Positions 51,505-64,000 of a DNA stretch of 64,000 nucleotides are shown here, piece by piece. A program made the translations under genes and the position numbers. Below the pieces are notes generated by a model that worked only from the letters and a program-made list of their open reading frames with translations, was not told where the DNA came from and did not search any database. This DNA is from Octopus vulgaris (Eukaryota). The stretch is taken from assembly GCA_951406725.2 (NCBI GenBank), contig OX597814.1:117490001-117554000 (forward strand), in the 5' to 3' direction. Each line of letters starts with the position of its first letter. Within the stretch, counting starts at the first letter, position 1.

Positions 51505-52345
51505 AACAGAAAAAATATTTTCCTATGACAGTATGCTGAAAAATATACATTAAATCGTCTAACCAAGTACAATATTTTTCACCATAAATGCACAACGTGT
51601 CGAAACATGGAAAGCAAGGAAACAGACAATTTTAAAATACGTTATTCCCGAATTTGACCGATTTCTAGATTAATCCAAAATAATTCTTCCTTCAGCAACG
51701 TGAAATACGGTTAGAATAAAAGGGACACTTACATATACTCATCGAAATGCAGATGTAAAATCATGTGTACGTTTAAGTACCCCAAATGTATTTAAACAGA
51801 AATTCTGTAGATGGCCTCAGAACACTATAGACGGTTTGGAAAACGCACGTAAAGCGGTCACCAGTCCAGAAGTGAAAGCTAATATATTTACTTCAAATGT
51901 AAGGATTAATTATTTCAGAAGAAATTCGATCAGTGGCCAGTATATTAAAATACATTTTAAGGAGAAAATTGCAAGCAATTATAAATATGGTCAAAAGAAA
52001 AAGAAATCTATGCCAATATGCTGAAAAATAGAACTTAAATCCTTTAACCACATACAATATTTTTCACTCTAAATATACAGCATGTTTAAATGAGTTTTCC
52101 AGACCGTCTACACATGTGCTGAGGCTTGCTACAGAATGTCTATTTCGATATATTTGGAGTACGTAAATATACATATGACTTAGCATCTGCTTTTTCCGAT
52201 TCGGGAATAAGGTATTTAAAATTTTTTTCTTAACTCGCTCTCTTCGTTTCAACACGCTGTGTATTTATGGTCAGACGATTTAAGGTCAATTTTTCAGCAT
52301 ATTGGCATAGGATTTTTTTTTATTTTGCCTATATTTATAATTATC
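51505..52345. repeat. Partial tandem (~480-bp period) plus inverted copy
   Basis: 51520-51600 resembles 52005-52088. 52085-52342 is a diverged reverse complement of the Y-X unit. Confidence 0.7.
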
Positions 52346-52433
52346 TATAAATGATCTAATATCTACACAGCCTTGTTTTTTTTTATCTCATTACGAAAAT
52401 GTTTTTTATAATTATATATATATATTTATATAT

Positions 52434-52625
52434 AGTTACTCCAAACATGAACAAAGAGAAAACAGACGTGGTACAAGTATAGTGTTATTGGACACTCAGG
52501 AAAGGAAAGAAAGAAGGAGGATTTAACGTTTCGAGCCGAGCTCTTCGTCAGAAACATAGAAACGGGAAAGGTACAAGGAAAGGAAGACGGAGAAAGAAAA
52601 TCGCCAACGATAGGCACGCGGTCAC
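52434..52625 (-). mobile_element. Penelope pLTR-like repeat
   Basis: Paralogous to 15834-16031. Lies between (TA)n and (CA)n. Confidence 0.7.
52522..52554 (-). ncRNA. Minimal type I hammerhead ribozyme
   Basis: TTT-CTGACGA-A-GAGC(TCG)GCTC-GAAA-CG-TT-AAA. The palindromic AACGTT stem III is the dimer-type minimal form described in Penelope-like elements. Confidence 0.75.
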
Positions 52626-52657
52626 ACACACACACATACATACACACACACACAAAC

Positions 52658-52710
<53 letters not shown>

Positions 52711-52712
52711 TA

Positions 52713-52830
52713 TGCAACAGGCTTCTTTCAACTTCCATCTACTAAATCCACTCACAAGACTTTGATCAGCGTGAACCCGAAACTATGTGGTTGGGAAAGA
52801 AGGGCCTTACAACACTGCCACGCCTGCGCC
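52713..52830 (-). mobile_element. SINE family A 5' half, internally deleted
   Basis: CAGGCTTCTTTCAACTTCC...GCCACGCCTGCGCC. Confidence 0.7.
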
Positions 52831-53184
52831 TGATGGCATCGAACAATTATTGTAAAATAATAATGCAAATGTTTCATCTGCGGAAGAGTTCATCGTACGG
52901 AATCAAGGATTAGGGTTATTGTGTTTGTCAATAAAGAAAGAGATGAATGTCGAATAATATATTACGTTCACCTGGACTGTATTAATCCAGCTGTAAGAAA
53001 GTCTTGCGAAAAGGAAATTTCAAGCAAAATTAAGAAGCAGCGTATTGATTTTATGGGCGCTTAAATCTGACAATTATACTAATCGGTCTTCAGTGACAGT
53101 TATCTGAAAATATTTACTTGTGCCTACAGAGGCCCAGACACAAACATAACAATATGTCTATCTATATTATCGTTTTTTGTTTTC

Positions 53185-53936
53185 TTTTATTTGTTTCATT
53201 CATTAGAGTGCGGCCATGCTGGGGTTATTGCCTTGACATATGTTTCGTTGAATGAATTGACCACAATGCTTACTTTTTAAAAAAACTTGATAGATATGTT
53301 TATAACCCTCTTTCAACGAACCGCTAAGTTACGTGAACGTAAGTCCAACTATAGAGGTTGACAACAAGCAGCGACATCCTGAGATACAAAGGCTAACACC
53401 ACACACAAATAGTGATATATATATATAATCAATAATAAATCTGTGGGCAAAGTATAAACAGTAGCTGTACGACATCGTGAAGTATATTTGCCACTTAAAT
53501 GTGGCTAACACTTAAGGATGGATGCTGCTGTAGCTTGTAGCCCCAGGAGGACACCTCCTCCAGCTGGCTATTGACTCACTTTCTGTACCCTGTCAGTATT
53601 TGCAAAGGGGAGCTAGGTTGAAGATGGGAAGGATGAATTCCCTTTGCAAATACTGATAGGGCACATAAATTTTGTCAATACAGCAGCTGGAAGAGGTGTC
53701 CTTCTAGGACTACAAGTTACAGTAGCATCAACCCTTAAGGGTTAGCCGCATTTAGGTGGCAAATATACTTCAGGATATATATATGTAACTATATATGAGA
53801 TCCACTTAAAAAGGTGTTTTCGTCAGTCCGCGACTATAGTTGAAGATACTTGCTGAAGTTGTTAAGCAATGGACCTCAATCCGGAAACATGTCATTGAGA
53901 AGCAAACTACCTCCCAAACAGTTACGACTGCACCTA
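53185..53936 (-). mobile_element. Older SINE family A copy split by a palindromic MITE
   Basis: 3' part at 53185-53410 (GCGGCCATGCTGG, GAACCGCTAAGTTACG). Decayed head at 53795-53936. Confidence 0.55.
53474..53776. mobile_element. Palindromic MITE (~135-bp arms, ~30-bp spacer)
   Basis: 53478-53609 is a diverged reverse complement of 53640-53772. Confidence 0.8.
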
Positions 53937-53959
53937 TTCATATATATCTTTTTTTATTA

Positions 53960-54170
53960 ATCTACTTTTTGAATCATTTGACTACAGTCAAGCTCGTGCA
54001 CATCCTTTAAAAGTTTTAGTCGAACAAACCGACCCCAGGAATTAACTTTTAAGTCTAATATTTATTCTATCGGTCCCTTTTGCAGAAATGGTAAGTTACA
54101 GGGATATAAACACAACACCGATTGTTAAGCGGTGATGGAGGACAAACACAGACACAAATACACACACACA
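53960..54170 (-). mobile_element. SINE family A 3' half
   Basis: TAGTCGAACAAACCGACCCCAGGA...TTATTCTATCGGTC...GGACAAACACAGACACA. Confidence 0.7.
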
Positions 54171-55048
54171 TAGATGCATACATACATACATATACACACA
54201 CGCACACACTCACATGTACTCGCACATACGCACGCACACACATATACATATAATGAAAAGAAGACAAAGAAAATTCCTTAACACATCTTTAATTATAAAT
54301 TATAAATTTTTCCGTACTACTTTTATTTGCAACACACGTTAACGCAGAAATTTGAAAAGAAAAATTACGTAATATTTGCGGCTTTAGGCATTGTGTTAGG
54401 AAGGTTCCGGAAGAAAATGAAAATCAAAAAAAAAGAAAAAATTAAGAGTGTGTATGCTGGATGAGACTGTGGGGAATATATCATGTGTGTGTGTGTCTGT
54501 TTGTCGGGGGCGGGGAGGAATCAAGAGAGTGGATATGTTATTGTTAGGAAGGGTATAGAGAAGGAGGGATAGGACAACGATTAGAAGAAGACGAAAGAGA
54601 AGTAAAAGGAGAAATGAAAGAAGAGAAGGGCAGAAAAGAAGGAGGAGGTGGGGAGAAGAAGTGCACGGAAAAAGAAGATGAACAGGAAGAAGAGGATGAA
54701 AGATAAGAAGAAGAATGAGAATAAAGTGAAGGGGGAGAAGGAAATGCAGATGGCAGTGCTGCCTATGGCGAGACGATTTATCCAGTCGCATACTAGCAGG
54801 GTGCGAGCCAGCAAAACAGGACCATTGTTACCAAAATTGGTTCCATGAAAGAATGTATTTGGCCACACACTGACAACTTAATGTGAAAGTATCTATTAAA
54901 GAGATAACTAGAAAATTTTCCTGAGTCAAATGATGGGGATGTTTCATGCTGTAGGTTGTGGGGAGACCTGATTTACGAACTTACTTTGCTTCAGTATTAG
55001 GAGAGTAAGAAGTAAGAATAGTAAAAGATGAACATTCATGCACACACG

Positions 55049-55124
<76 letters not shown>

Positions 55125-55196
55125 CTTACACAGGAACACATACATACACAAGCAGGTATATTCATACAAATACATACACAGATATGCACACACAAA

Positions 55197-55242
<46 letters not shown>

Positions 55243-55485
55243 CACATATATACTTGCATATATATTCGTACATACACTAGTCGTAATCTAATTACAAGTG
55301 GGACTGGTTAATATCGAACTATATGAAAATTATATTAATGAAAAATTTTTAAAAATAAAAGTAGGGGCGATACACATATCTCTATCCACACTTGTCTATA
55401 CCTACGCACACGATCTCACACATATATCCAAGCACATGCACGTATACACATACATACCCACACATATGTATTTGTACATTCCTCT

Positions 55486-55651
55486 GGCTTCTTTCAGTTT
55501 CCGTCTACCGAATCCACTCACAAGATCCTGGTCGGCTCGGGGCTATAGTAGAAGACACTTGCCCAAGATGCCCAGCAGTGGTATTGAATCAGGAACCATG
55601 TAGTTGGGAAAGCGGCTTCTTACCTTAGAGACACGCCTGTGCTCTTGCGCC
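55486..55651 (-). mobile_element. SINE family A 5' half
   Basis: GGCTTCTTTCAGTTTCCGTCTACC...GAAGACACTTGCCCAAG. Confidence 0.8.
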
Positions 55652-55708
55652 TATGTATGTGTGCGTATATATACATATGTGTGTATTTGTGTGTGTATGT
55701 ATCTATCA

Positions 55709-55744
<36 letters not shown>

Positions 55745-55893
55745 GTCTACACATATATGCACACACACACATATACACATACATGCAAATACATACATGC
55801 ACACACGCAAATTCATACATACTCACATACGTACACACACGCGTACACACATATATTCGCATATATCTATATGTGTATGTATGTATGTATATA

Positions 55894-55958
<65 letters not shown>

Positions 55959-56811
55959 GTAAATGTATATGTATATATATATATGCATGTATGTATGAAT
56001 GTATATATATATATGTTTATATATATATGTATATATATATATATATGTTTCTAAGTACACATTGATTAATGTAATAAATAGTTATTGAGGACTCTTTTTC
56101 TGTGTATTCTTTTAGGTTTGTTAAATATATATAGTAACGATTATGATGCGCTGTAATGAATACTTGGTAATGACAATGTGATATATTTACAAGATTTTAC
56201 ACTAAAAGCATTCATGAAAGGTATAGTGTACTATGATTTTTCCAGTGTATACTTTCACGTCAACCCTTTGAATTTTCCCATACAGGAAATGAAATTTTAT
56301 ATTTAAATCTATTATTCCAGTTCATTTTCTCTGCTTCAAACAATTTGCGCAGACATTTCGACAAATAATGAACATTCAAATTGAAATGTTACTGTAATAC
56401 AAATGATGATTTTAAATAGAAAAACAATTATTTATTTTGAACAGCATCACTAGCCACGTGGATAATATCATTTTGAATATAAAATAGCTGTTGAGCTGTT
56501 TCAGAAATACATTCATATAAAAGAACGTAGTGAATACTCATTAGTTTACAGAATATAAATTGCAATTTTGTTTTCAAGTGATTGATGGAAATCTTATAAT
56601 AAAACTTTTCAAAAAATATAAACGTATTCCATTATATCAGACTGATAAACACATAGTTCTCTGTCTTGTTGAATTTTGTTTAAGTTTCGAACGCTATTAA
56701 ATATACATACACACCATCTGCCTGCATCCGTAGCTTATACTTTTATTAACATCTCTAACGTAATAGGGTTTATATTAAAATATTTTAAACACCAAATGTT
56801 AACTACTTATA

Positions 56812-57192
56812 GGCGCAGAAGTGGCTGTGTGGTAAGTAGCTTGCTTACCAACCACATGTTTCCGGGTTCAATCCCACTGCGTAGCACATTCGGCAGGTAT
56901 CTTCTACTATACCTTCGGACCGACCAAAGCCTTGTGAGTGGATTTGGTAGACGGAAACCGAAAGATGCCCGTCGTATATATGTATATATATATAATGTTT
57001 GTGTGTCTGTGTTTGTCCCACAGCATCGCTTGACAACCGATGCTGGTGCGTTTACGTCCCCGTAACTTAGCGGTTCGGTAAAAGAGCCGGATAGAATGAG
57101 TACCAGGCTTACAAAGAATAAGTCCTGGGGTCGATTTGTGCGACCAAAGGCGGTGCTCCAGCATGGCGAGAGAGTAAAAGTGTAAAAGAGAG
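56812..57192 (+). mobile_element. SINE family A, full-length plus-strand copy
   Basis: GGCGCAGAAGTGGCTGTGTGGTAAG, GGGTTCAATCCC, tail GAGTAAAAGTGTAAAAGAG. Confidence 0.88.
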
Positions 57193-57409
57193 TATATATT
57201 TTAATTACGTAATGTTAACTATGGTTTTGTGTAGAAGAAAATACAGGAAGATCAGATGTGATATTATTTAATATATTTTAGTCTGAGATTCAGAGACTTA
57301 TTGCAACAGTCGTTCAGTTTTTCTAACCCTGTAAAGGAACTCGGAAAGCCTCTCGCGATAACCTTAAAGCAAGGAAATTTTTTATCACCCTACCATTCCC
57401 CACCTGTAC

Positions 57410-57470
<61 letters not shown>

Positions 57471-57733
57471 TATATATGTATATATATATATACATGTGTG
57501 TATGTGTGCTTGTATGTATGCATAAATATATATATGTATATGTGTATATGTGTGTATACGTATGCTATATATGTCAGAACATCCATTCATAGAGGACTTA
57601 CATAACACGGAGAATGTGTTTTCTTTCATCTTGCTCAAGTTTCTGTTCTACCTAGTATTTACAAGTTAAAGTTATGTTGCGTATAATTACCTTGCTTATA
57701 AAGTGATTGAAGGTCAATATATGATTGTACGTA

Positions 57734-57777
<44 letters not shown>

Positions 57778-58196
57778 TATATATATACATATATGTGTGT
57801 GTTTATGTGTGCCTGTGTGTATCTATGTGTGTGTGTGTTTGCGTGTGCGCGGATCTGTGTATGTCTGTGTAACTGTACATAAATATAACGAACTTATGTC
57901 TGCCTGTATATGTGTATATCACCGTGACTGTCTGCAGACAGTTTTTAGTCTAAATAATTTGCATTTAATAACGGAAGTAAAAACAATTCCGGCTTCTATT
58001 TAGCACTTTAGTTTTTTTCACAGAAAATACTGACTAATTGTTTCAGACTTTTAGAGCCATCGGTAAGTAAATACAGGAAATTCTTTCTATACCATAATAA
58101 TAAGTGCACTCTGCCAAAAACGCAATTATTTCTCTGTCTATAAATGTCGACGGAGGTCATGTATGGTTCAAGTAGTGTATACATACAGAGAAATAC

Positions 58197-58283
<87 letters not shown>

Positions 58284-58320
58284 TACATATATATATATAT
58301 ACATATATATATACACATAC

Positions 58321-58366
<46 letters not shown>

Positions 58367-59514
58367 ATTCATGCATATATGCTTGTGTATATTACACATA
58401 TATGCATGTATATTTAGATATGTTTGTGTTTGTATGTGCGTGTGTTCATAATACGTATGTGTAGGGAAAACACACAAACATATGTATGTGCATTTAACAA
58501 ACTCATAAACGCACAAAGATATATACCAGCATTATATACAACAGCCTTGTTTCAAATATTTACCCATCCAGCTGGGCAATGAATGATACCATCGAACAGC
58601 AAAGCACTATTTCACCGTGGGTTCGGTTCATCAGGTACCAACAACGGTTCAGTAGCTCGCATCCCAGTCTCACCTAAAACACAAACAATTAGCCTATACT
58701 AAACAATTAGTATAGACATATACTGGGCACACAGAGTGATATCGGTCGTCCCTGCCCCAATCAACACGTATTTGTGTGAGATAGAGCGTATGCGTGTGAG
58801 TCTGTGTGTGCGTTCGGCTGGGTGGGTGTATGATCTTCAGGCTAACACTGGTGATTCTCGGATTTAGCGGTGTATTTTGTAATTTATTGTGTGTAGATCC
58901 TCATACCAGGGATCTTACGCTTTCGTTTCTTAAGCCAGTATCTTTTTTTTTCGTGTTCGTTCTCTGATTAAATGTATAGAGTGATGTGAGTTCTATTTGC
59001 ATAATAATTATACAATTAAAATCTTGATGAAGCTGTGTTTTTGCATGTGATATTACCTCTTGAAGATCCAAATATTTAACACAATACAATCTTGACTACA
59101 TTAGAAAATTTCTAACGAATAATCATATTAAAAACACGCATGCACTTCAAAGAGTAACCAAAGAAAATGACAGAAAAAAATCCGTCACCTGACGCCAAAA
59201 CGGGGACCAATTAGCAAACAAAAATATGGGAAATCACCCATTGACATATATAATTTGCCGCCAAAACGAATTTGTGCCATGAAACGCGCTAAAATTGATT
59301 CGTGAGATAAAAATCCCATTTTAAGTAATGAAAAATGTGTGTGCATGTGAGTGTGCCTGTATTGTGTGTGTGTCTGTTTATCCATGTGTGTAAAGACAAA
59401 TTGAACATGCATTTGGAGAGAGAGTGTGGGAGAGGGGGAGAGTGTGGGAGAGAGGGGAGATAGAGAGATAGGGAGACAAAGAAGGAGTTCTGGAAAAATT
59501 TACAAAGTTGGCCA

Positions 59515-59950
59515 AACGTCAAATCTCATCACACATTCTGCACTTGTCTCTATCGGTATTGTTGTCAATTCTACACATCATATAATTGGTCCTTAACGCT
59601 TGTTCCTGAGCTGCGCATAAGAGTTATTTTATCTCTATCTTCAGGTCGCTCCTCCTCATCCATAGCTACCGGTCATCTGTCGCTGTCTTGACTTTCACAT
59701 CTCTTGCAAATTGATTTTTTTGTAAATTTCTTGTTAAATTTTTCTTTAGTTACATAATTTTCAGTTTTGATGACACCGGCCTCTTTCAAGTACTTCAGCA
59801 GTGGCTCCACGGCGTTTTTGTATACCACGCTAGTCTGATTTCCTCTCCTTCGATACAGTCCTGGCAACTGATCAAGTCTTCCCACCCTTCCTTCTCGACG
59901 AGTAGGTCCTATCGGTGTCACTCTTAGTGTGAAAGACTGTGTACTGTCAA
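59515..59950 (-). mobile_element. Decayed R4/Dong-type LINE fragment
   Basis: HTKSDTDR, RKGG, WMRRSDLKIE, LCAAQEQALRTNY, DKCRMC across frames. Next to (TTC)n/(TTA)n at 60045-60240. Confidence 0.75.
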
Positions 59951-60094
59951 AATATTTTTGATATCGGTATGCATTTCCTTCACTTCTCTCTTTTTGATAT
60001 TTCATAATTCCCATTCCATATCGACGTGTTCCTATCACCCAGTCATTGTTGTTGTTGTTGTTGTTGTTCTTCTTCTTCTTCTTCTTCTTCTTCT

Positions 60095-60129
<35 letters not shown>

Positions 60130-60144
60130 TTCTTCTCCTTATTG

Positions 60145-60197
<53 letters not shown>

Positions 60198-60469
60198 TTA
60201 TTATTATTATTATTATTACTATTATTTTATTATCATTATTATTTTCCGATTTATTTGCATTATATTTCATTTCTCGACCGGATCTCAAGCTAGTTTGTGG
60301 GTATAACCCTTCTTCGTCGGTACTGATTATTCCTGTCTGCTAGACACGCTTATATTAGATGATGCCTTAGGCACGCTTATATTAGATGAAAGCAATTGAT
60401 ATCAACACGATTATTTAATCCCATATATTATTGGTTTCGGATATATATTGCTACTTTGAATGTAAACTT

Positions 60470-60990
60470 GGAGTCTTACCGTGGCCGTTTATGAGAGTTT
60501 CATGCAGAATAAGGCCTCTACCGCCTTCCTTCTACGGGAAATAGAGCCTGGGAATGACTGATGCTCGGTGGTGCATCCTGGTTATAGTCAGTAATTTCCT
60601 CGTCTTTATGTCCACACACTGCAAGTCACTCAGATTCCAGTTGATGGTATGAAGGCTATACAAGATAACTGAAACCGCTAGGGAGTTCATAGCTGCAATT
60701 CTATTATAGAAGAACCATTCTGACATGTCTATAATACTCTTTCAGTGATTTGTGTTTAATCCCTTTTCCTTTTTTTTTCCAAGATACTAATAAAAACATT
60801 CTTAATCCAGGTCATTGATACATGTAGCATGATCTAGTTGGGTCGTCGTACTAACTGTCAGTTTACCATGTTTGAACGAAACTTTTGCACACCAGTCATA
60901 TTGATGTCATCGCTAAATATTTCACAGTTACTCGTAATCCTTTCAGAGCCTTGTTATCTTTTGCGTATGATATCAGACCGTCTATGCAGA
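60470..60990 (-). mobile_element. Decayed R4/Dong-type LINE RT fragment
   Basis: AMNSLAVSVILYS..INWN...DIKTRKLLT..RMHHRASVIPRLYFP; FSDDINM. Confidence 0.7.
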
Positions 60991-61844
60991 GAAAGTGTGA
61001 ACTGCAATTTTCAAACATTTTGCAACCGTGATTTGTTCTCTTTAGTTCGTAGGACAAGGGAATGAAGGAAAGACAGAAGAGGAGAAGGGATAATGAATCA
61101 CTTTAGAATATTCCACGGGTTATTTTCATGTTCTGTGATACATACAAGCCTTTCTCGCAGTTGCGAAACAATCCCGTGTCACAGAGACCCATACGGTGCT
61201 GCATTTTACGAAACATTTTACGAAAAGGGAGATGTTGTATATATGTAGTGCCTTGAAGATCCAGCTCTATGCGGGACATTGTCAAATATCTTACGTTTCC
61301 TCTTTTGGATGACGAATTTTAAAATATTATAGGGTTTTTTAATAGTTGCTCTACGCAGACGCATAAGTTTAGTTTGCACCATTTTTGTTCAAGAGGGAGG
61401 ATGCTGTTTAACAATCGATAGTAAGCCCTGTTGTTGTTGGTCATTTTCTGCAAAAAGAAATGAAAATGAGATGATTTATATATTTATCAAACATTTTATG
61501 TTCGTGGTATACATCATCGAGCAATTTTGAGAGAGGTATTAAAGCTAGACATGTGGCTTTTCCGGGCTGATAGATATTCACCCTGGAAAATGCCACATTG
61601 AATTCTTACATTTCCAGCATTAAGCGATTTATTTTCACTGTTCAAAGTTAGTGTAGTTCTCCATGATCTCATACTTACATATATGAAGTTTCGCAGAGTA
61701 GGTGCTATTTTATACAGTTCCAGACATTTCCGATTTCAGCTATGTGGTAGACTATCAAAAGCTTTTTTATAGTCTATCCATGCTATTGACAAGTGTTTGT
61801 ATCGTTTGTGACAATCTTCCTAGATCATCATATTTATTATTATA

Positions 61845-61916
<72 letters not shown>

Positions 61917-62343
61917 GAGTGAGAGAGCAGTGCATGTCATCAAAGTGAAACTGGGGTAAAATATACGAAGCTCAATATACCCGTCTGATAAGGGTACACC
62001 AGGCATATGCATCACAATTGTATGTGCGTGACATGGTGATATCATATCAAGATAAACAGCGCATTATCTTGCAGGTGGGGCCCAGTTCGAATTTTCTTCT
62101 GGTTGAGTAACCCATCCCGATCAAAAGGTCTCTGAATAAGTGATGTTTAAGGATGTTGAACGAACCACCCGTGTTTCCAAATGTGAATTATCCAAACCTC
62201 TAAGAACTCCTTTCAACACATGGCTATGATGCTCCCCCACTACTTCTGCTCGTGATCAGAGATGCACATGTGATCAGCCATTAAGTGACATGCTCAACTG
62301 GTTAAGGTCAAACAATTGACAAGCAAATCTGTGGTATTGAGCA

Positions 62344-62346
<3 letters not shown>
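61917..62346. repeat. Unclassified ~430-bp insert between (TTA)n and (TAA)n tracts
   Basis: Higher-complexity island bounded sharply by trinucleotide tracts. Probably a LINE UTR or SINE-like piece (inference). Confidence 0.35.
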
Positions 62347-62382
<36 letters not shown>

Positions 62383-62419
62383 CAATAATAATAGTAATAA
62401 TAATAATATGTAATAATAA

Positions 62420-62478
<59 letters not shown>

Positions 62479-62525
62479 TTATTAATATTATTATTATTAT
62501 CATTATTATTATTATTATCATTATT

Positions 62526-62673
62526 CTATGTTTGACTTTTGCTTTATGTTTGTACAAGTTGGCTCTAAGTCTCACCCAGAGACCTCAAGAGACAACAGGT
62601 TGGATTATTATTATTATTATTACTATTATTATTATTATCATTATTATTATTACTATTATTATTATTATTATTA

Positions 62674-62711
<38 letters not shown>

Positions 62712-62752
62712 GTTATTATTATTATTATTATTAATACTATTATTATTACTAC

Positions 62753-62784
<32 letters not shown>

Positions 62785-64000
62785 TATGTTTGACTTTTGC
62801 TTTATATTTGTACAAGTTGGCTCCAAGTCTCACCCAGAGACCTCAAGAGACAACAGGGTTGAAGTTCATGTTGTTGTTATGCCTAGTGTGCCATATATTT
62901 GGGGGTGGGGATGTTGTACTAATGAATGTCTAAAAAGAAAAAAAAAAGGTTTTTTTTTTTTTTTTTTTTTTAAACCGAAAATTATGTTTGTTTTAAACCT
63001 TGAGATTACATAGAGAGTATTTTGCGTAGGATATGAGCAGTTCCCATGAGCACTATCTTTTGAACTTCTGCCATTTTTGGGTTTCCTGGTATCTGAGTTA
63101 GGTAGCTATCAGCCCCTTTTGCTATCATTCCCAGGGCACCTATGACAACAGGTATTGTTTTAGTCTTCAGCTTCCACATTTTGCTGATTTCTATTTCAAG
63201 ATCTTTATATTTGCTCAGTTTTTGGTAGGTCTTGACAGATACGTTTATATCGATTGGGACAGTCATATCAATGAGGAGGCATGTTCTTTGTTTGAAGTTT
63301 TTCAATATGATGTCTGGCCTATTTGCATCTATCTTCCTGTCAGTTTGAATGGTGAAGTTCCAGAGGAGTGAGATGTGGTCATTTTCAAGCACTGGGGGTG
63401 GTTTGTGTTCCCACCAGTTTTTTTCATGGGGCAAATCCAGGTTTTTACAGATTACCCAGTGAATATATTGTGCAACTCTATCGTGCCTGTTGAGATACTC
63501 TGTAGGCGCTAGAAGACTGCACTTGGAGACCACATGGTCAATGGTTTCATTTTGTTGCTTGCATACACGACACGTTGGACTGCTTCTGATCTTTAATATG
63601 TTGGCCTGGTAGTTTCTTGTTGGTAGGCATTGATCTTGAGCTGCTATGATAAACCCCTCTGTTTCAGATTTTAAGCCAGAGGCCATTAGCCATTGATGGG
63701 TCAGGGCTTTGTCGATATCTGCATTATTCGCTCTCTTTGGGTATTTGCCATAGAGAGGTTTTTCTTGCCATTTATTATTCAGAATATCTAAGGCCGCAGT
63801 TTTGGCACGGGTTTTCATGCGCCTAGCTTTTTCTGTGCTTGTTTCTTGTATATCTATCTCTAATTCCGAAATTGGTTGTATTCGGAATTCACTTAGATAT
63901 TCCTTTGCCTGTTTTGTGACTGAGTATGATGCTTTCTTGTTTTCATGTTTTGAGACAAGTTTTAGCATCCAGTCCTCAGAGTTTTTCAGGTAGGTGTCTA
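62526..64000 (-). mobile_element. R4/Dong-type non-LTR retrotransposon 3' end with duplicated terminal 74 bp
   Basis: ORF plus 3' UTR ending in (TAA)n. 62526-62599 matches 62784-62857 with 2 mismatches. Confidence 0.9.
63006..63968 (-). CDS. C-terminal part of a non-LTR retrotransposon ORF: CCHC finger plus restriction-like (PD-D/ExK) endonuclease; continues beyond window
   Basis: KPLYGKY, ETEGFIIAAQDQ, CRVCKQQNETIDHVVSKC, RHD, RPDIILKNFKQRTCLLID, KLSKY, PVVIGALG. No stops over 320 aa. Confidence 0.92.
   Translation of the reverse strand: MLKLVSKHENKKASYSVTKQAKEYLSEFRIQPISELEIDIQETSTEKARRMKTRAKTAALDILNNKWQEKPLYGKYPKRANNADIDKALTHQWLMASGLKSETEGFIIAAQDQCLPTRNYQANILKIRSSPTCRVCKQQNETIDHVVSKCSLLAPTEYLNRHDRVAQYIHWVICKNLDLPHEKNWWEHKPPPVLENDHISLLWNFTIQTDRKIDANRPDIILKNFKQRTCLLIDMTVPIDINVSVKTYQKLSKYKDLEIEISKMWKLKTKTIPVVIGALGMIAKGADSYLTQIPGNPKMAEVQKIVLMGTAHILRKILSM

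Noticed and set aside
56812-56890. tRNA gene
   Set aside because: A/B boxes are present but continue into the SINE body; no clean cloverleaf.

Overview
AT-rich, repeat-saturated eukaryotic DNA with no recognisable host gene exon, rRNA or true tRNA gene. Most ORFs in the supplied track are microsatellite read-throughs (IY/HT/poly-residue). The repeat families look like those of a cephalopod (Octopus-like) genome; this is inferred from SINE recognition only. Content: many tRNA-derived SINEs; about eight decayed R4/Dong-type (RLE) LINE pieces, one with a 320-aa intact C-terminus running off the right edge; a near-full-length decayed CR1-type LINE; RTE LINE remnants; a gag/CCHC ORF1 remnant; three mariner and one rosa/DD41D-like DNA transposon relics, two of them in nested insertions; Helitron-like elements, one family carrying a SINE; and a palindromic MITE. 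The most notable signal is a set of sequence-distinct elements with type I hammerhead-ribozyme cores, mostly non-coding and sitting in or beside (TA)n tracts. They show inverted, direct or permuted repeat layouts typical of Penelope-like pseudo-LTRs and retrozymes. One is physically attached to a decayed GIY-YIG endonuclease. All calls were made by eye and boundaries are approximate unless stated.
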